Part shown: positions 11,701 to 23,491 of the stretch, piece after piece
Numbering within the stretch: position 1 is the first letter of the stretch
Layout: each line of letters opens with the position of its first letter
DNA from: Naegleria gruberi
Lineage: Eukaryota
Reading direction: 5' to 3' (one strand)
Length of the DNA stretch: 64,000 nucleotides
NCBI GenBank assembly: GCA_000004985.1
Contig: GG738928.1
Program-made: the position numbers and the translations under genes
The notes under the pieces: model-generated
Database searches by the model: none
The model's input: only the letters and a program-made list of their open reading frames with translations
What the model was told of the DNA's origin: nothing

Positions 11701-13604
11701 TGGATTTCGAATTGGTGGTGCGACGAGAATTACTTGTTGTGAAATGGCGATGATTTGATCCTTAATTGGCTTAATAAGGAGTGTGAAGGTGAGATTTCCA
11801 GAGGATTGGATGGTTGGTTGGATTTTGATGGAAATGATGGGATTGAAGGTCAATGTGAATAAGTTGGCGTTGTTTTTTGGTTTCGTCAAGATTCCAATAA
11901 CATTTTCATCTGCTGAAATAACTTCAGAACCAAACATGAATGAATATTTCAATGAAATGGTACAATTTGCAGTAGCACACTCATCCCTTGTTAATTTCAA
12001 ATCTGAACTAGTTCTCAATTCAACGCTCACAATATTGAAATCAACATTGTTTTTCACACCATTCACAAGTACTTGTGGAATTCCAATAGCATTCAGTGAT
12101 CTTTCCACTAAAAGTGAACAATCTATACCTAAATATCCTCCAGTACAAGTACAAAAGTCAGGTTGTAGACAATTGCCATTTCCAGAACAAACATTCGGTG
12201 AATTAGCCGAAACTCCAAAACAAATTGGAATGAAACAATTAGGTCCAGTATATCCAGGTGAACAAGTACAATTATTTGAAGAAGCACAAATACCATTTCC
12301 TGAACAAACTCTATTATCATTTGCAGCAATTCCAAAACAACCAATCGAGCCACAATTATTTCCATAAAAACCTGGTTGACATTGACACTTGTTCATTTCA
12401 ATGCATTCACCCCTTCCTGAGCAAACACTGCTACTGTTAGTACTCTCAATTCCAAAACACCAATTTGTAACACACATTGTTTTGAACTCATTCAAATAAT
12501 AACCACTTTCACATGATGGAGTTAGTGATCTAATTCTCTTTTTCAAAAATTCTGAAATATAAATTACACCACTTGTCTCATTAAATACTAAACCTCTTGC
12601 ATCACTCACTGAACTATCCAGAGCATCAGTGTTTTCATATGAAGTTGTGCTATTTCCAGCAATCATTGTAAGAGTTCCATTCTTGTCAATTCTGAAAATT
12701 CTTCCCTTATATGTTTCTGTTACAAAGACAGTTTCGTCCTTGGTAACGAATAAAGCACCACCTCCAATTGGGGAACCAGTGAATGCTAGTGTTGAAATAT
12801 ATCCAGTTTCGTTTATCACTCTAACACCTTTCGTATCTGATAGGAAAATCTTTCCATTCCTAACAAAAATATCAAAAGGAGACTGAAGAATAGCACTAGT
12901 AGCTAGAACACCCTCTCCAGAATACGAAGAATCCAAATCACTTCCTGCTATTAATGAAATTATTCCATTCTTGACTAATCTAACTCTCGACTTGTCTATC
13001 AGGTAAAATTCATTCTCTGAAATTGCAAAGATTGAATTTGGACCTTTCAGAGCACTAAAAGCAGATCCATTTTCAGTGAAGGAAGACAAGGAGAAATCAG
13101 AATAGTTTCCAGCAACTGTGGAGACGAAACTATTCGGCCAATCACGAAGAGAAAGTTTTCTGACAATTCTATGTATTCTAATGATTAAAGATAATGATGA
13201 AATTGTTATATTGTGATATTGTGTGAAAATGTCATGTTATTAGCTTACCTGTCAACGTAAAAGAGGGTGTCATTGAAAATACTCGAGTCAGCCACAGTTG
13301 ACATACAAATAGTGTTCTGATTACCATCAGGAGTGTATATTGAAGTGTTGTTTCCAATCTTGTTAGGAGAAAAACTTTCACTTTCCAATGAAAAGATTCG
13401 AATAGTACGGTTTAAACCATCAGAAACGATTAGTTCGTTGTTGTATAAGGAAATTCCATACATTCCAATATCTGGTGTAGAAATTGGACCAATAGTCTTG
13501 ATAATGTATTTAACACTAGCTTGTTTTTGTTCTTGTCCATCAACAGCCACAAACAGTAACAACACAATTGACAACAACAACCATGTATGACAGTTGACTT
13601 TCAT
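8767..13604 (-). CDS. Giant adhesion-GPCR-like receptor. Domain order: signal peptide, NHL-like repeats, 3-4 EGF-like Cys repeats, long extracellular region, GAIN/GPS motif, 7TM, cytoplasmic tail, C-terminal RGS domain. Two exons (13249..13604; 8767..13177), intron about 71 nt with an alternative acceptor at 13160.
   Basis: ATG at 13604 with signal peptide MKVNCHTWLLLSIVLLLFVAV. The donor GTAAGC follows ...LFYVDR and the acceptor is in phase. EGF-like CSGNGICASSNNCTCSPGYTGPNC repeats are present. The GPS motif is CKFWNETTLQWDSSGCSLSTLQSNGDLICKCTHTTLFAAF. It is followed by 7 hydrophobic helices. The RGS-like block is FESFCKKEYSLENLHLYLELKQLQELI. Confidence 0.7.
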
Positions 13605-14452
13605 TTCAATATTTTTTTTGCAAAGTCTAGAGCTGTTGGATTTTCTTTGGTTATAAGCTGCGAGACTTTTCCTGCCAAGGGTGGAAAGGAACTAACAGGA
13701 ACCTTTCGAATAGATTGCAACATATTATTTGATTCTTGGAAACAGAATACCTGACTGGTTTCCGTTCTAGGAAGATTATAACTGCAAGGTAATTTCCAGT
13801 TGCCCCCACACACGGGTCGACTAATAATTTCTGATTCATGTTTTAGAATGAATCCGTGTTTTCTCAAAGTATTAGAAATAGTTTTGTATGTAGGAGAACA
13901 TTGTTTTCTTGCAAGAAGTGATGTGAAATTTTATTGGATTTTGAAAGTTTTGCAGATTGTTACTCCGTTCTTTTTAATTTACTCATCAAACACCACAACA
14001 TGAAATTCATATATTAATAACAATGTTATGCCAACACTTTAAATAGTTTGAAAGTTTGAAATATTCGAAACATCAAAAAAAGATGTTATCAAGATCAACT
14101 ACTCCAATTACTAGAAGTATAATTAAAGCTTCTTCAACAGCTCCCATTGTCAACTTTATCAAGAGACTATCCTCAATGGACAAAAAGGAAAATGGACTAA
14201 ACCAATTCCTCACAACCTTTCATTCACTAACACTAACAGTGGATCATCCACATTCAGATCCTATCACAATTATTCAATGCCAGATTATATGGTAAAGGAA
14301 ATATCGAACTGAGACAACAAAACAATGATGCTGCAAACTCTTTTGGTTTCTACTCTTTCAAAAACAATAATCAGCTTGCTCTATTTATACAGTTTAGTAG
14401 TGTTAGATACAAAGCAACTATTTCCTGTAAGATTGAATTTAAGGCTAAAATT

Positions 14453-14525
14453 TGCCGACACCAGGGATCGAACCAGGGACCTTAAGATCTTCAGTCTTAC
14501 GCTCTCCCAACTGAGCTATGTCGGC
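14453..14525 (-). tRNA. tRNA-Phe (GAA)
   Basis: The reverse complement GCCGACATAGCTCAGTTGGGAGAGCGTAAGACTGAAGATCTTAAGGTCCCTGGTTCGATCCCTGGTGTCGGC folds as a canonical cloverleaf. The acceptor stem is perfect, the anticodon loop is CTGAAGA, and the T-loop is TTCGATC. Confidence 0.9.
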
Positions 14526-14776
14526 TTCTTATTAAGAAATAAACCTCGTCATAATTCCTTAACTTCACAACAAATAAAATCTACTGAATGTGTATTGAAA
14601 GTTCACTTTTCCTGATTTTATTTTGAAAGTGTGTGTTTGGTAGAGAAAGGTCGTCTCTTCTTCAAATTTTCGTTGAAGATACCTGTTTTTTTCCAAAGTA
14701 CCAATCATGTCATATCAGTATGGATGTCCAAGGTCGTACAAGTCAAAAATTAGCCAAAGCCAAGGCGTCTCCGATC

Positions 14777-15880
14777 CTATTGCAAAGAACAATTCTGTTT
14801 TTTTGAGGCAAAACTAGTGTGAAATCTGAAAGCCATGGCAGATCTGTAAACTTCATCAAAGACTGATTTGAGCCCCTCTTGTGTTAAGCTTGAACAGTAA
14901 CCTATTTTTACGAGATGTGGAAAGCTATGAAGTTTTCTTTCCAGAGTATGTTGTCCTACTAGTGAAAAGGTATCCAAATCCTTTCCTGTTATTATAATAT
15001 GAATTGGAATAAGGGGAAAAGTCATGGCAAGTTTTCTCAAATTCTGAAGAATACGTTTCTCAAATAATTGTTCATCATTCACAAAATTATTCAGTTCTGT
15101 ACATTTACAAGTAAAAGCCACAACATTGAAAGGTTGCTTGATAACTTCTTGAACAATCTTCTCATTTGATAGAGACATGCACTGCATTGTGCACATTATC
15201 ATACATCCATCAATCATAATATTTGCTTCAAACAATGACTCCTTTTCCATCATACCCTCTTCTGCGAAGAAATTAGTACAATAAGTACAGAGTAAACTTG
15301 ATTTTCCACTTTTAGGAAGCCCTACAATTCCAATATTCAGCCGTAAAGGTGTTGATATTGAACTACCCGCTCGTCCCAAGACAACATAAGGTGATTTACC
15401 ATCATATTTTGGTAGAGAACTTTCTAATAATTCTCTTTCAAAATTAATCATTTCTCTAAAGATGTGAAATATTGTCTTGACAGAGTTTAATCTCAGCCCT
15501 AACAATTCTAATTGGTAAATGATAAAAGTCTTGTTCTCTTCCAAACTATTCTCTTTCAATTCTTCAAATTTCGGTAAATTCCTATATAATTGCAATAACT
15601 TTCTGTATTGATTTACATCTACAATCCAATTAGACTTTGATCCTTCCTCTAAAATCATTCCTTCAATACAATTTACTACTCTCCTATAAATTTCCATTCT
15701 GCTCTTCATCAATTCCATTCCGAAACGATTTAAAATTTCATCAACTTGTTCTTCATCTCTCAGAGAAACTGAGAGAAAATAAAGTAAATAATACCGATCA
15801 GCATAGCCCAGAAATTTAATGATCTCATTGAAACAATCATGTTGCTCTGAATACAACTGAGCAAGGAGGCAACTCGACAT
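14777..15880 (-). CDS. P-loop NTPase/GTPase-like protein (Walker A GLPKSGKSS) with an N-terminal alpha-helical domain, 367 aa
   Basis: ATG at 15880. The motif LNIGIVGLPKSGKSSLL is present, with a possible NKxD-like TGKD downstream. Family not assignable. Confidence 0.45.
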   Translation of the reverse strand: MSSCLLAQLYSEQHDCFNEIIKFLGYADRYYLLYFLSVSLRDEEQVDEILNRFGMELMKSRMEIYRRVVNCIEGMILEEGSKSNWIVDVNQYRKLLQLYRNLPKFEELKENSLEENKTFIIYQLELLGLRLNSVKTIFHIFREMINFERELLESSLPKYDGKSPYVVLGRAGSSISTPLRLNIGIVGLPKSGKSSLLCTYCTNFFAEEGMMEKESLFEANIMIDGCMIMCTMQCMSLSNEKIVQEVIKQPFNVVAFTCKCTELNNFVNDEQLFEKRILQNLRKLAMTFPLIPIHIIITGKDLDTFSLVGQHTLERKLHSFPHLVKIGYCSSLTQEGLKSVFDEVYRSAMAFRFHTSFASKKQNCSLQ

Positions 15881-16255
15881 TTTTTAAAAGGCTTGCATAT
15901 TTATATTTATTTTATTATTTTGTGGTTTTATAAATATCATCCACATGGTGTAAGAACTTTTGCCACCAATTACGTACTTGACTTTAGACATTTTAGGTTA
16001 TTTTTGCCTGTTTTTCTGAAAAACAGATTTTGTAATGATGGCTGATTTCTGACGGTTCTGCCACTACAGATCTGCCATCCTTTTTTTCTTACAGAGCTTT
16101 CCACCAAATTCTTAATAAACTAACTTTTAGCCTTAAGCAAACTAATTTTCAAGAATAAACTCAATAAACAATAAAACCATCCACTACGGAGCCAACCTCC
16201 AATAGAATTAAATTAGAATCTCGAGATATTTGGTAATAATCAAAATATTTGCGAT

Positions 16256-19200
16256 ATGGCAAATCCAGCCAAATTAAAAAAAATGCGAACTTTATTATCT
16301 TTCGTAATCTTGCTCTATTTATTCACTATTGTGGTCACAGGTGAGGTGAAATCCATTCAGCAACAACAGCAACGAGAATCCTCATTCACTTTCTTCCTGG
16401 ATTCTTATCAAGGAACGGAAACAAATGTTTCATGTCTTGATGAATCCATTCCATGTGTTTACATGTCTCAAGTTATAGACTCGGCACGATCAATATTACA
16501 GCTGGGAAACAATTCCTCAACATTATCTTTAGAGATGAATATTCTAGTAAGAGGAGAAGTAATTGACTGCGATATTCTAATTGACTTTACTAATTTTACA
16601 TCAAATTTTAAATTGAATATTGTTGGGTGGGATGATGACGACTATTTCCTATCATCATGTTATCCTTTTCTACATGTAAATAGTAAAATAGATGAGTTGA
16701 CCATTGTAAAGGGGTATTCAATTCGAATAATAATTGTATTTAATTATGAAATGAAGAATTTATCCATTTCTAAATGTAAAGGAAGTCTTACTATTCAAAC
16801 TTCAATTGAAAATGCAAACATCTTGGAAAGCGAATTTAATTCATTAGAAATTACAAGTCAGATTCAAAATCTTGTTATACTAAACGATTCGATTACTTAC
16901 TTACAAGGAAATTTGAAAGCTAAACAAGTGAAAATGGAAACTATTAATATTTCCAATTTTAAATTAGTGGAAATTAAGAATTGTCATTGGAGTTCATTCT
17001 CAGGGACAAGTTTATTTCATGGCGGAGAGAAATTCTCAATTCTTTCAAGTATTATTACAGGCCCAATGATGTTTGAAGTTGTGAGTGTTTTGGAAATAAT
17101 CAACGTCACTGTTAGCAGGGTTAATTTTGAGCCAGAGAATGGAAATTTTTTTGGAATAGCCACAGTTGACCAAGTGACAATTGAAAGATGTAATTTTGTG
17201 GATAATACTATTGGTGGAAGTATGATTTCAGTACAACGTTGTAAAAATTTACTTATTGTTAATTGTAAACATTCCAATAATTTATCCAAGTTTATTACAA
17301 TCCTGTCATCTAGTAGGAATCGAATTACAATTCAAGATTCTGAATTTTTCAATAATCAGGCAAGTGATGCCTTAATTGTTTTTGATTCCAATTATGTTGT
17401 AGATAGCACTATATTACTATTAGATAATTGTAATTTTGTGAATAATATTGGAGGATTGACTGGATCCGCTCTGAAAATAACTAAAGCTAATGTTCTCATT
17501 TCGAGTTGTAACTTTTCATTTAATAAGGCAGGTTATGGAGGAGCTGTCTATATGATAAGTCAACTTTCTACTGTTATCGAATATTCAAATTTCACTAACA
17601 ATGAAGCAACTCAATCAGGCGGTGCAATTTATGTGGGAGATGTTTCAAATCTACGACAATGGGAAACAGTAGAAACAATTTGTGATTCTAATAACGCATT
17701 GGAAGCTGGAGGATGTTTATATATGAAAGGTAAATCAAAGATTGATGTGGTGTATAATTTTGCTGGAATCAATAAGGCAATTTGTTATGGTAACAATATT
17801 GCTACAGAACTCACAAAAAAGAAGTTTGAATTTAGACTCAATGGATTCGAATATCAATTGATTACCAATCAGAGTATTCAAATTTATCCAGGAGAATCCC
17901 TGGATTTGAGAATTATATTATCAGATAGATACAATCAGAAAAGTGTAATGCTTCCTGAAAATCAAATGTCTATGAAAATCAATTCTAATAATTTAGTTTT
18001 ACAAACACAAGGTTTTACAAGCGGAAATGATAGCATACTTTCGAATAATATTCAAATACTTCTTAAAGAATATCAATATGCCAACTTCCATGAAGAAACA
18101 ACTTTTTCATTCATATTGAAAGATATCGAACATTCGATTAGAATGAAATTGGTTGATTGTCCACCAGGATATACCATTTCTAAAAATTATGGAAATGTCA
18201 AATGTGAATACATTCCAATAGAAATCATTCTTCCAGCTGCTATTGTTGGTGCTATTTCCTTAATTATTATATTTGTGACTGTAATTTTGGTGGGAATTTA
18301 TATTGTTAAAAAACTCAAAAAATTGAGAAGACAAGAAAGAGCAGAAAAGGAAATTCAAAAGAAATTTATTGATAATTCTTTTGTTTTCAATAATGGCAGC
18401 AATGGTTCAGATTTGAGTGTTCCACTGGTTGAAAAATCTTTCAACTCTGAGGATTCTATTCGATACACTATTCCAATTGCAGAAATTGATATATTATCTA
18501 AAATTGGAGAAGGATCTAACGGATTAGTATATAAAGCAAAGTGGAACAGGACAGATGTTGCCATAAAACAATTGAAAACTTTAGGAGAAGAGGATGATGA
18601 AGAGTTTGAAAGAGAAGCTCTTTTAATGAGCTCATTAAGACATCCGTCAGTTGTTAGTTGCTACGGAGTTTCAATAACCAACGACAGCAAGTATATGGTT
18701 GTAAGTACTTACTTTTGAGAAATAATTTGAATTTATTGTATATTAGGTGGAATACTTGGAAAATGGAAGTCTTGAGAAGGCACTCTACAAGTCTAAAATT
18801 GGAAAAGAAAAATTGTCATTCGAAACTAAATTGAATATTCTCTTGGATGTTGGAAAGGGTATGACCTATCTCCATTCGATAAGACCTAACAAGATTATTC
18901 ATAGGTAAGTTTAGTTTCTATTTACTTTGGAGAGTTAACAATTTTCAGAGATTTGAAACCGGGAAATATTTTGCTTACCAAAAATTTAAATGCCAAAGTG
19001 AGTGACTTTGGGCTCAGTAAGATGGTTTCGAATAATACAGCCACAATGACCACAAATGTTGGAACCTTATTATACATTGTAAGTTTTTCACAATATTCCA
19101 TTTAACTAATTTAGCAATTTCCATCTTTAGGCACCAGTAAGTTTTAACAACAAATTAATCATTGATTTATTATTTAATATTTTAGGAATTATTATCTAAT

Positions 19201-19578
19201 TATCACAAAGGACAAACAACAAAATTGGATGTTTATTCATTTGGACTAATCATGTGGGAAGTTCTATTTGAAATGGTTCCATTTTCCAATGAACTATCTG
19301 ATGCAACAACACCATTCTCTATTTTATTACAAGTAACCAATGGATTAAGACCTTCTCTTTCTGTTATGGGAGAACATTTCGAATATATTCAAGAATGGAT
19401 TGAAGATCACTTTACAATGAGAGAAATTCAAAAAATTGGAAAGCAAACCATTGAAAAATGTTTAAAAGATTATATTGAAGTGATGAAACTCTGTTGGTAT
19501 AAGGAACCAAGCAATAGACCAGAATTTATTGAAATTACAGAAAGTTTAGAATTAATTATTGAACAAATAAGGAAATGA
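16256..19578 (+). CDS. Receptor-type protein kinase (TKL-like). Extracellular region with Pmp-type / parallel beta-helix repeats (FxxN...GGAIY), single TM, cytoplasmic kinase. Five exons: 16256..18700, 18747..18904, 18949..19078, 19131..19136 (6-nt microexon), 19186..19578.
   Basis: Kinase motifs: GEGSNGLVYKAKW, VAIKQLK, HRDLKPGNILL, DFG, APE. The introns all have GTAAGT donors and T-rich ...AG acceptors in phase. TM segment is ILPAAIVGAISLIIIFVTVILVGIYIV. The GGAVYM / GGAIYV repeats are typical of beta-helix Pmp-like repeats. Confidence 0.75.
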
Positions 19579-19977
19579 TGATAATATTTTGACACTCATT
19601 CCAATTTTTCCAACATTCATTGATGGATTATTATCACCCAACTGAACAAGTATTTTAACATTTTCTTCAAGAATAATAAAATTTTGTAATCTTGCACCTT
19701 GTACAAGGTGCCTAATTAGCAACATGGATCAAAATCCAAAAATAAAAAATACAAAATAAAACACATTAAAAAAAACCAATAACAAATACCGTAGTAGCCG
19801 CATTATCTTTTTTTTTGCAAATACAACAACAACACTAGCTACGAATTAATCATCAACAATAACAACAACTACCCTAGCAATAATAATAACTACGCGTTAA
19901 CAAAATCTATCTTTTTCGGATATGCCTCTCTTCTTGTAAAATATTAAAACTATAATAATTAAACCCTAGAATATATA

Positions 19978-20547
19978 ATGAACCGTATTTCTGAACCTAA
20001 TCATACATTACATAATACATGGACCTTATGGTATCACAGTCCTAGAAGTAAAATTAATGAACAAAATTATAAGGCTTTTTTCACCAAAGTTAAAGCTTTT
20101 ACTACAATAGAGGATTTTTGGCGATTATTTAATAATGTTCGTTCACCATCATGTTTACCAATCGGAACAACATATTATTTAATGAAGGATGCTATTAAAC
20201 CAGAGTGGGAAGATCCAAATTGTATCAATGGAGGAGAAATGGTTTTTAGTTTTGCTAAAAAATCAAGACAAGAAGCTGATCAATGGTGGTTGTTCTCTTG
20301 TATTATGTGTATCGGAGAAAACTTTATTGGATTGGGAGATCATATTTGTGGATGTACAGTTGCAAACAGAAAGAGTATGATTAGAATTAGTTTTTGGCTT
20401 GATACTGATGAGGATGAATACGTCAAACGTTTGGAAGACCAATGCAAAGGTGCATTTGACATTCTCAGTGCTGGCTCAACCTTGTTCAAATTCGATTTTC
20501 GATCATTTAGAGCCAATTTGTCCAAGATATCGAAAGCTGATGATTAA
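19978..20547 (+). CDS. Translation initiation factor eIF4E family member (intronless copy, 189 aa)
   Basis: Has the W-rich cap-binding core (TWTLWYH..., W..F, EDP.C.NGG, W, CTVANRK...). Confidence 0.85.
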   Translation: MNRISEPNHTLHNTWTLWYHSPRSKINEQNYKAFFTKVKAFTTIEDFWRLFNNVRSPSCLPIGTTYYLMKDAIKPEWEDPNCINGGEMVFSFAKKSRQEADQWWLFSCIMCIGENFIGLGDHICGCTVANRKSMIRISFWLDTDEDEYVKRLEDQCKGAFDILSAGSTLFKFDFRSFRANLSKISKADD

Positions 20548-21032
20548 TAAATATTGGCAAATCATCATGGACTATTAAGAATTCAATTTTTATTACTTTC
20601 AGAATATCTTACAAGGTTTTTATGTATTCAACAATATCTCACTTGACAATCACTGTTGTTGTAAGGTTGTGTGAACAATAAGAGACCTGTTTAAAGATTT
20701 TTAATAGACATGAGCATGAGTAAATGAAGGAACCACCTAAAAGGGAATATTCAAATTAATAACAATACATCTCAATTCCAATTCCAATCACATCTTCTTA
20801 ATTGTTTTGTAAAATTATTTTTCAAAAACATCAAATGATGTAATAATTTTTATTAGGCTTGAAGACAAACTCGAAAATGTAAAATTAAAAATAATTATAA
20901 AAAAAAAATAAAAGAGTAGTAATCTAGACGTACCTCGCACTCTTTTACCTTCATCATCAAGCCTTGTTTTATTTAATAATAATAATACATTATCATCAAG
21001 CAACAACAATATTACTAGAATAGTACGATACT

Positions 21033-21703
21033 ATGAGCAGCGAAAAGAAGGTAATTGATCAAGAAGAAATTGAAAATGACACTGAAGCCGAAGTTAATGA
21101 AGAAGTAGCAGAAAGGCCTATTTTAGAAAATACTTGGACATTATGGTATCATAACCCTCAAGCTAAACTTAACGAGCAAAACTATTCTCACTTTTACAAT
21201 GAAGTCTATACATTCTCGGATGTTGAAACATTTTGGAGTGTTTTTAATCACATTAGAGGACCTAGTGAAATATCGACCGGTACAACTTACTTTTTATTGA
21301 AGGAAGGTATAAAACCAGAATGGGAAGATCCAAAATGTATTGGTGGTGGTGAATGGGTTTATAGTTTCCCTAAAAAGCACGTTCCAGCTGATCAATACTG
21401 GTTAGATTTAGTGATGTTTTGTGTAGGAGAGTCATTTACTTATTCGGATAATTTGCTTGGATGTTGTGTTGCCAACAGAAAGAATCAAGTATGTAATATT
21501 TAAATAATTAATTTATAATAACTTTAATATAGATTCGTATCAATTTGTGGGTAGATACATTGGATGAAACAATAGCAAAGAGATTTGGAGAGCAATTCAA
21601 ATTTGAAGCCTTAAAAATAGGAGCAAATACAAATATCAAAATAGACTTTAAATCTTTCAAAGATCAATTGGACGGTAAAAAGACAGTTTTACAAGTAGTG
21701 TAA
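21033..21703 (+). CDS. Second eIF4E family member, two exons (21033..21488, 21533..21703) with a 44-nt intron
   Basis: TWTLWYHNP... core. The donor GTATGT comes after ...CVANRKNQ and the acceptor ATAG is in phase. The downstream exon IRINLWVDTLDE... aligns with the paralog's IRISFWLDTDEDE. Confidence 0.8.
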
Positions 21704-21831
21704 ATTCCTTTTTAAAATGAATTTCAAAACGAACTCGACTGAAAAGGAGCTCATTATCGTTCGATTCAGAAAATCTTAAATAAATAACAAAAAAACAATA
21801 TAAAATTTATCTAAATTTAGGTAAATAATAT

Positions 21832-23310
21832 TTATATAGCCTCAATTAAATGATAATTCTTCTTTCCTAATCTCAATACAGCAATTGATCCATTACCTGC
21901 CACAAGATCAGCTTCTGTCATGACATATTTTGGATCTATTTGTCTCTTGTAATTAATGTAAAAACCTCCACTCTTGATCAATTTACCCAATTCAGATTTG
22001 GATGGTCCAAGCTTGAGAGCTAAAGCAATATCTATAATTGGCTTAGATAAAAGATCTTCCTTTGGTACTTGTCCACCAACAGAATCCTTCATTAGTGATG
22101 TAATATCTTTCTTTGATAAGGTCTTTAAAATTTCAATTGCTTCCTCACTGCTAGCTCCAAATAATAAATTTGTACATTTTTGTACCTTTTCCAATTGTTC
22201 CTTTCCGTGAATTTGTGTTGTTAATTCTTCAGCAAGTCTTTGTTGAGCAATTCTCTTTTCTGGTTGCTGATTGTGTTCTTGTAAGATTTGGTCAATATCT
22301 TCCAAGCTAACAAATGTTAACATTTTCAATAATTTCTCCACATCAGCATCTTGAACTCTGAGGAAATATTGATAAAAATCAAAGACAGAAGTCATTTCAG
22401 GATTGAGCCAGACAGCATTACCCATAGATTTACCAAATTTAACTCCATCAGCAGTTGTGAGTAAAGGAATTGTCATACCACTGCATACTGATTGACAACT
22501 TTCTGGCATGGCTGTTTGCTTTTTCTTTATGAATTCCAATCCACTTGTAATATTTCCCCATTGATCAGATCCTCCAATTTGAAGTCTTACGTTATTTGAG
22601 TTCAATAAATGGAAAAAATCATAACTTTGGAAAAGTGAGTAGGAAAATTCAGTAAAAGTCATACCACCATTATCAGCATCAGCATTTTCAACTCTAGATT
22701 TAACACTGTCCAATCTTAACATGTTAGCAATTTGGAAATATTTTCCAACATTTCTCAATAAATCAATCATTTTCATTTCTCCCAACCAATCAGCATTATT
22801 GACAACTGTGACATTGTTCTTAGAGGAGAAGAAAGAATTCATTTCTCTCTTCAATCCTTCAATATTATTATTAATTGTTGATTCATCCAAGAGAGGTCTC
22901 TCTGTTTTTCTGCCACTTGGATCACCAATTCTACCAGTTGCACCACCAACAAGACAATAAATATGAACATTCTTTGGATTAAAAGCCAATTGGAATCTCT
23001 TCAAAGTTTGAAGAACAAGCAAATTGCCAACATGAAGCCCCGAAGCTGTAGGATCAAAACCAGCATAAATACCAATAGACTTGGCCAATTCACTACCACT
23101 GTTCATTTCTTGCATTAAATTATCAAATCCCGAAGTAGCATCATTATAAATTCCTCTCTTTTTTAAATCGGAAATAAATTCATTATTATTTGATGATGAA
23201 GTTTGATTAAATCTCCTTTGAATATTGTTTCCTCCGATTAAATACTTTCTGTTCTTTAAAAAAAGGCCCGAGTCAACAAGGCTTGTTTGACGAAGAAGGC
23301 TTCGTTGCAT
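21832..23310 (-). CDS. Tyrosyl-tRNA synthetase, bacterial/mitochondrial type (class I aaRS with C-terminal S4-like domain)
   Basis: HIGH motif (HVGNLL), KMSKS-like KFGKS, the class Ic TyrRS core, a C-terminal S4-type RNA-binding region, and an N-terminal presequence-like extension. ATG at 23310. Confidence 0.85.
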   Translation of the reverse strand: MQRSLLRQTSLVDSGLFLKNRKYLIGGNNIQRRFNQTSSSNNNEFISDLKKRGIYNDATSGFDNLMQEMNSGSELAKSIGIYAGFDPTASGLHVGNLLVLQTLKRFQLAFNPKNVHIYCLVGGATGRIGDPSGRKTERPLLDESTINNNIEGLKREMNSFFSSKNNVTVVNNADWLGEMKMIDLLRNVGKYFQIANMLRLDSVKSRVENADADNGGMTFTEFSYSLFQSYDFFHLLNSNNVRLQIGGSDQWGNITSGLEFIKKKQTAMPESCQSVCSGMTIPLLTTADGVKFGKSMGNAVWLNPEMTSVFDFYQYFLRVQDADVEKLLKMLTFVSLEDIDQILQEHNQQPEKRIAQQRLAEELTTQIHGKEQLEKVQKCTNLLFGASSEEAIEILKTLSKKDITSLMKDSVGGQVPKEDLLSKPIIDIALALKLGPSKSELGKLIKSGGFYINYKRQIDPKYVMTEADLVAGNGSIAVLRLGKKNYHLIEAI

Positions 23311-23491
23311 TTTTTTTCAAAAATTCAATCAAAATTAATTATCCTAAATTGGATATTTTAAATAATTATTTTCATATGTTTTTAACTATTAAATATTAAG
23401 CTAATTTTATTAAATTATGAGTATTGAATTAATTCTCGCAGTCAACTTGATATTTAATGTTGTAAAAAATATTTAAAAACATTTAAAAAAA

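Noticed and set aside
14841-16073. Shared 13-mer ACAGATCTGCCAT in the CDS at 14841 and the promoter at 16066
   Set aside because: Random 13-mer matches are expected at this sequence length and base composition. There is no further flanking similarity.
19131-19137. 7-nt exon GCACCAG with a donor after the G
   Set aside because: It would create a frame error and a stop in the next exon. Placing the donor one base earlier (GCACCA|GTAAGT) keeps the frame and the APE motif.
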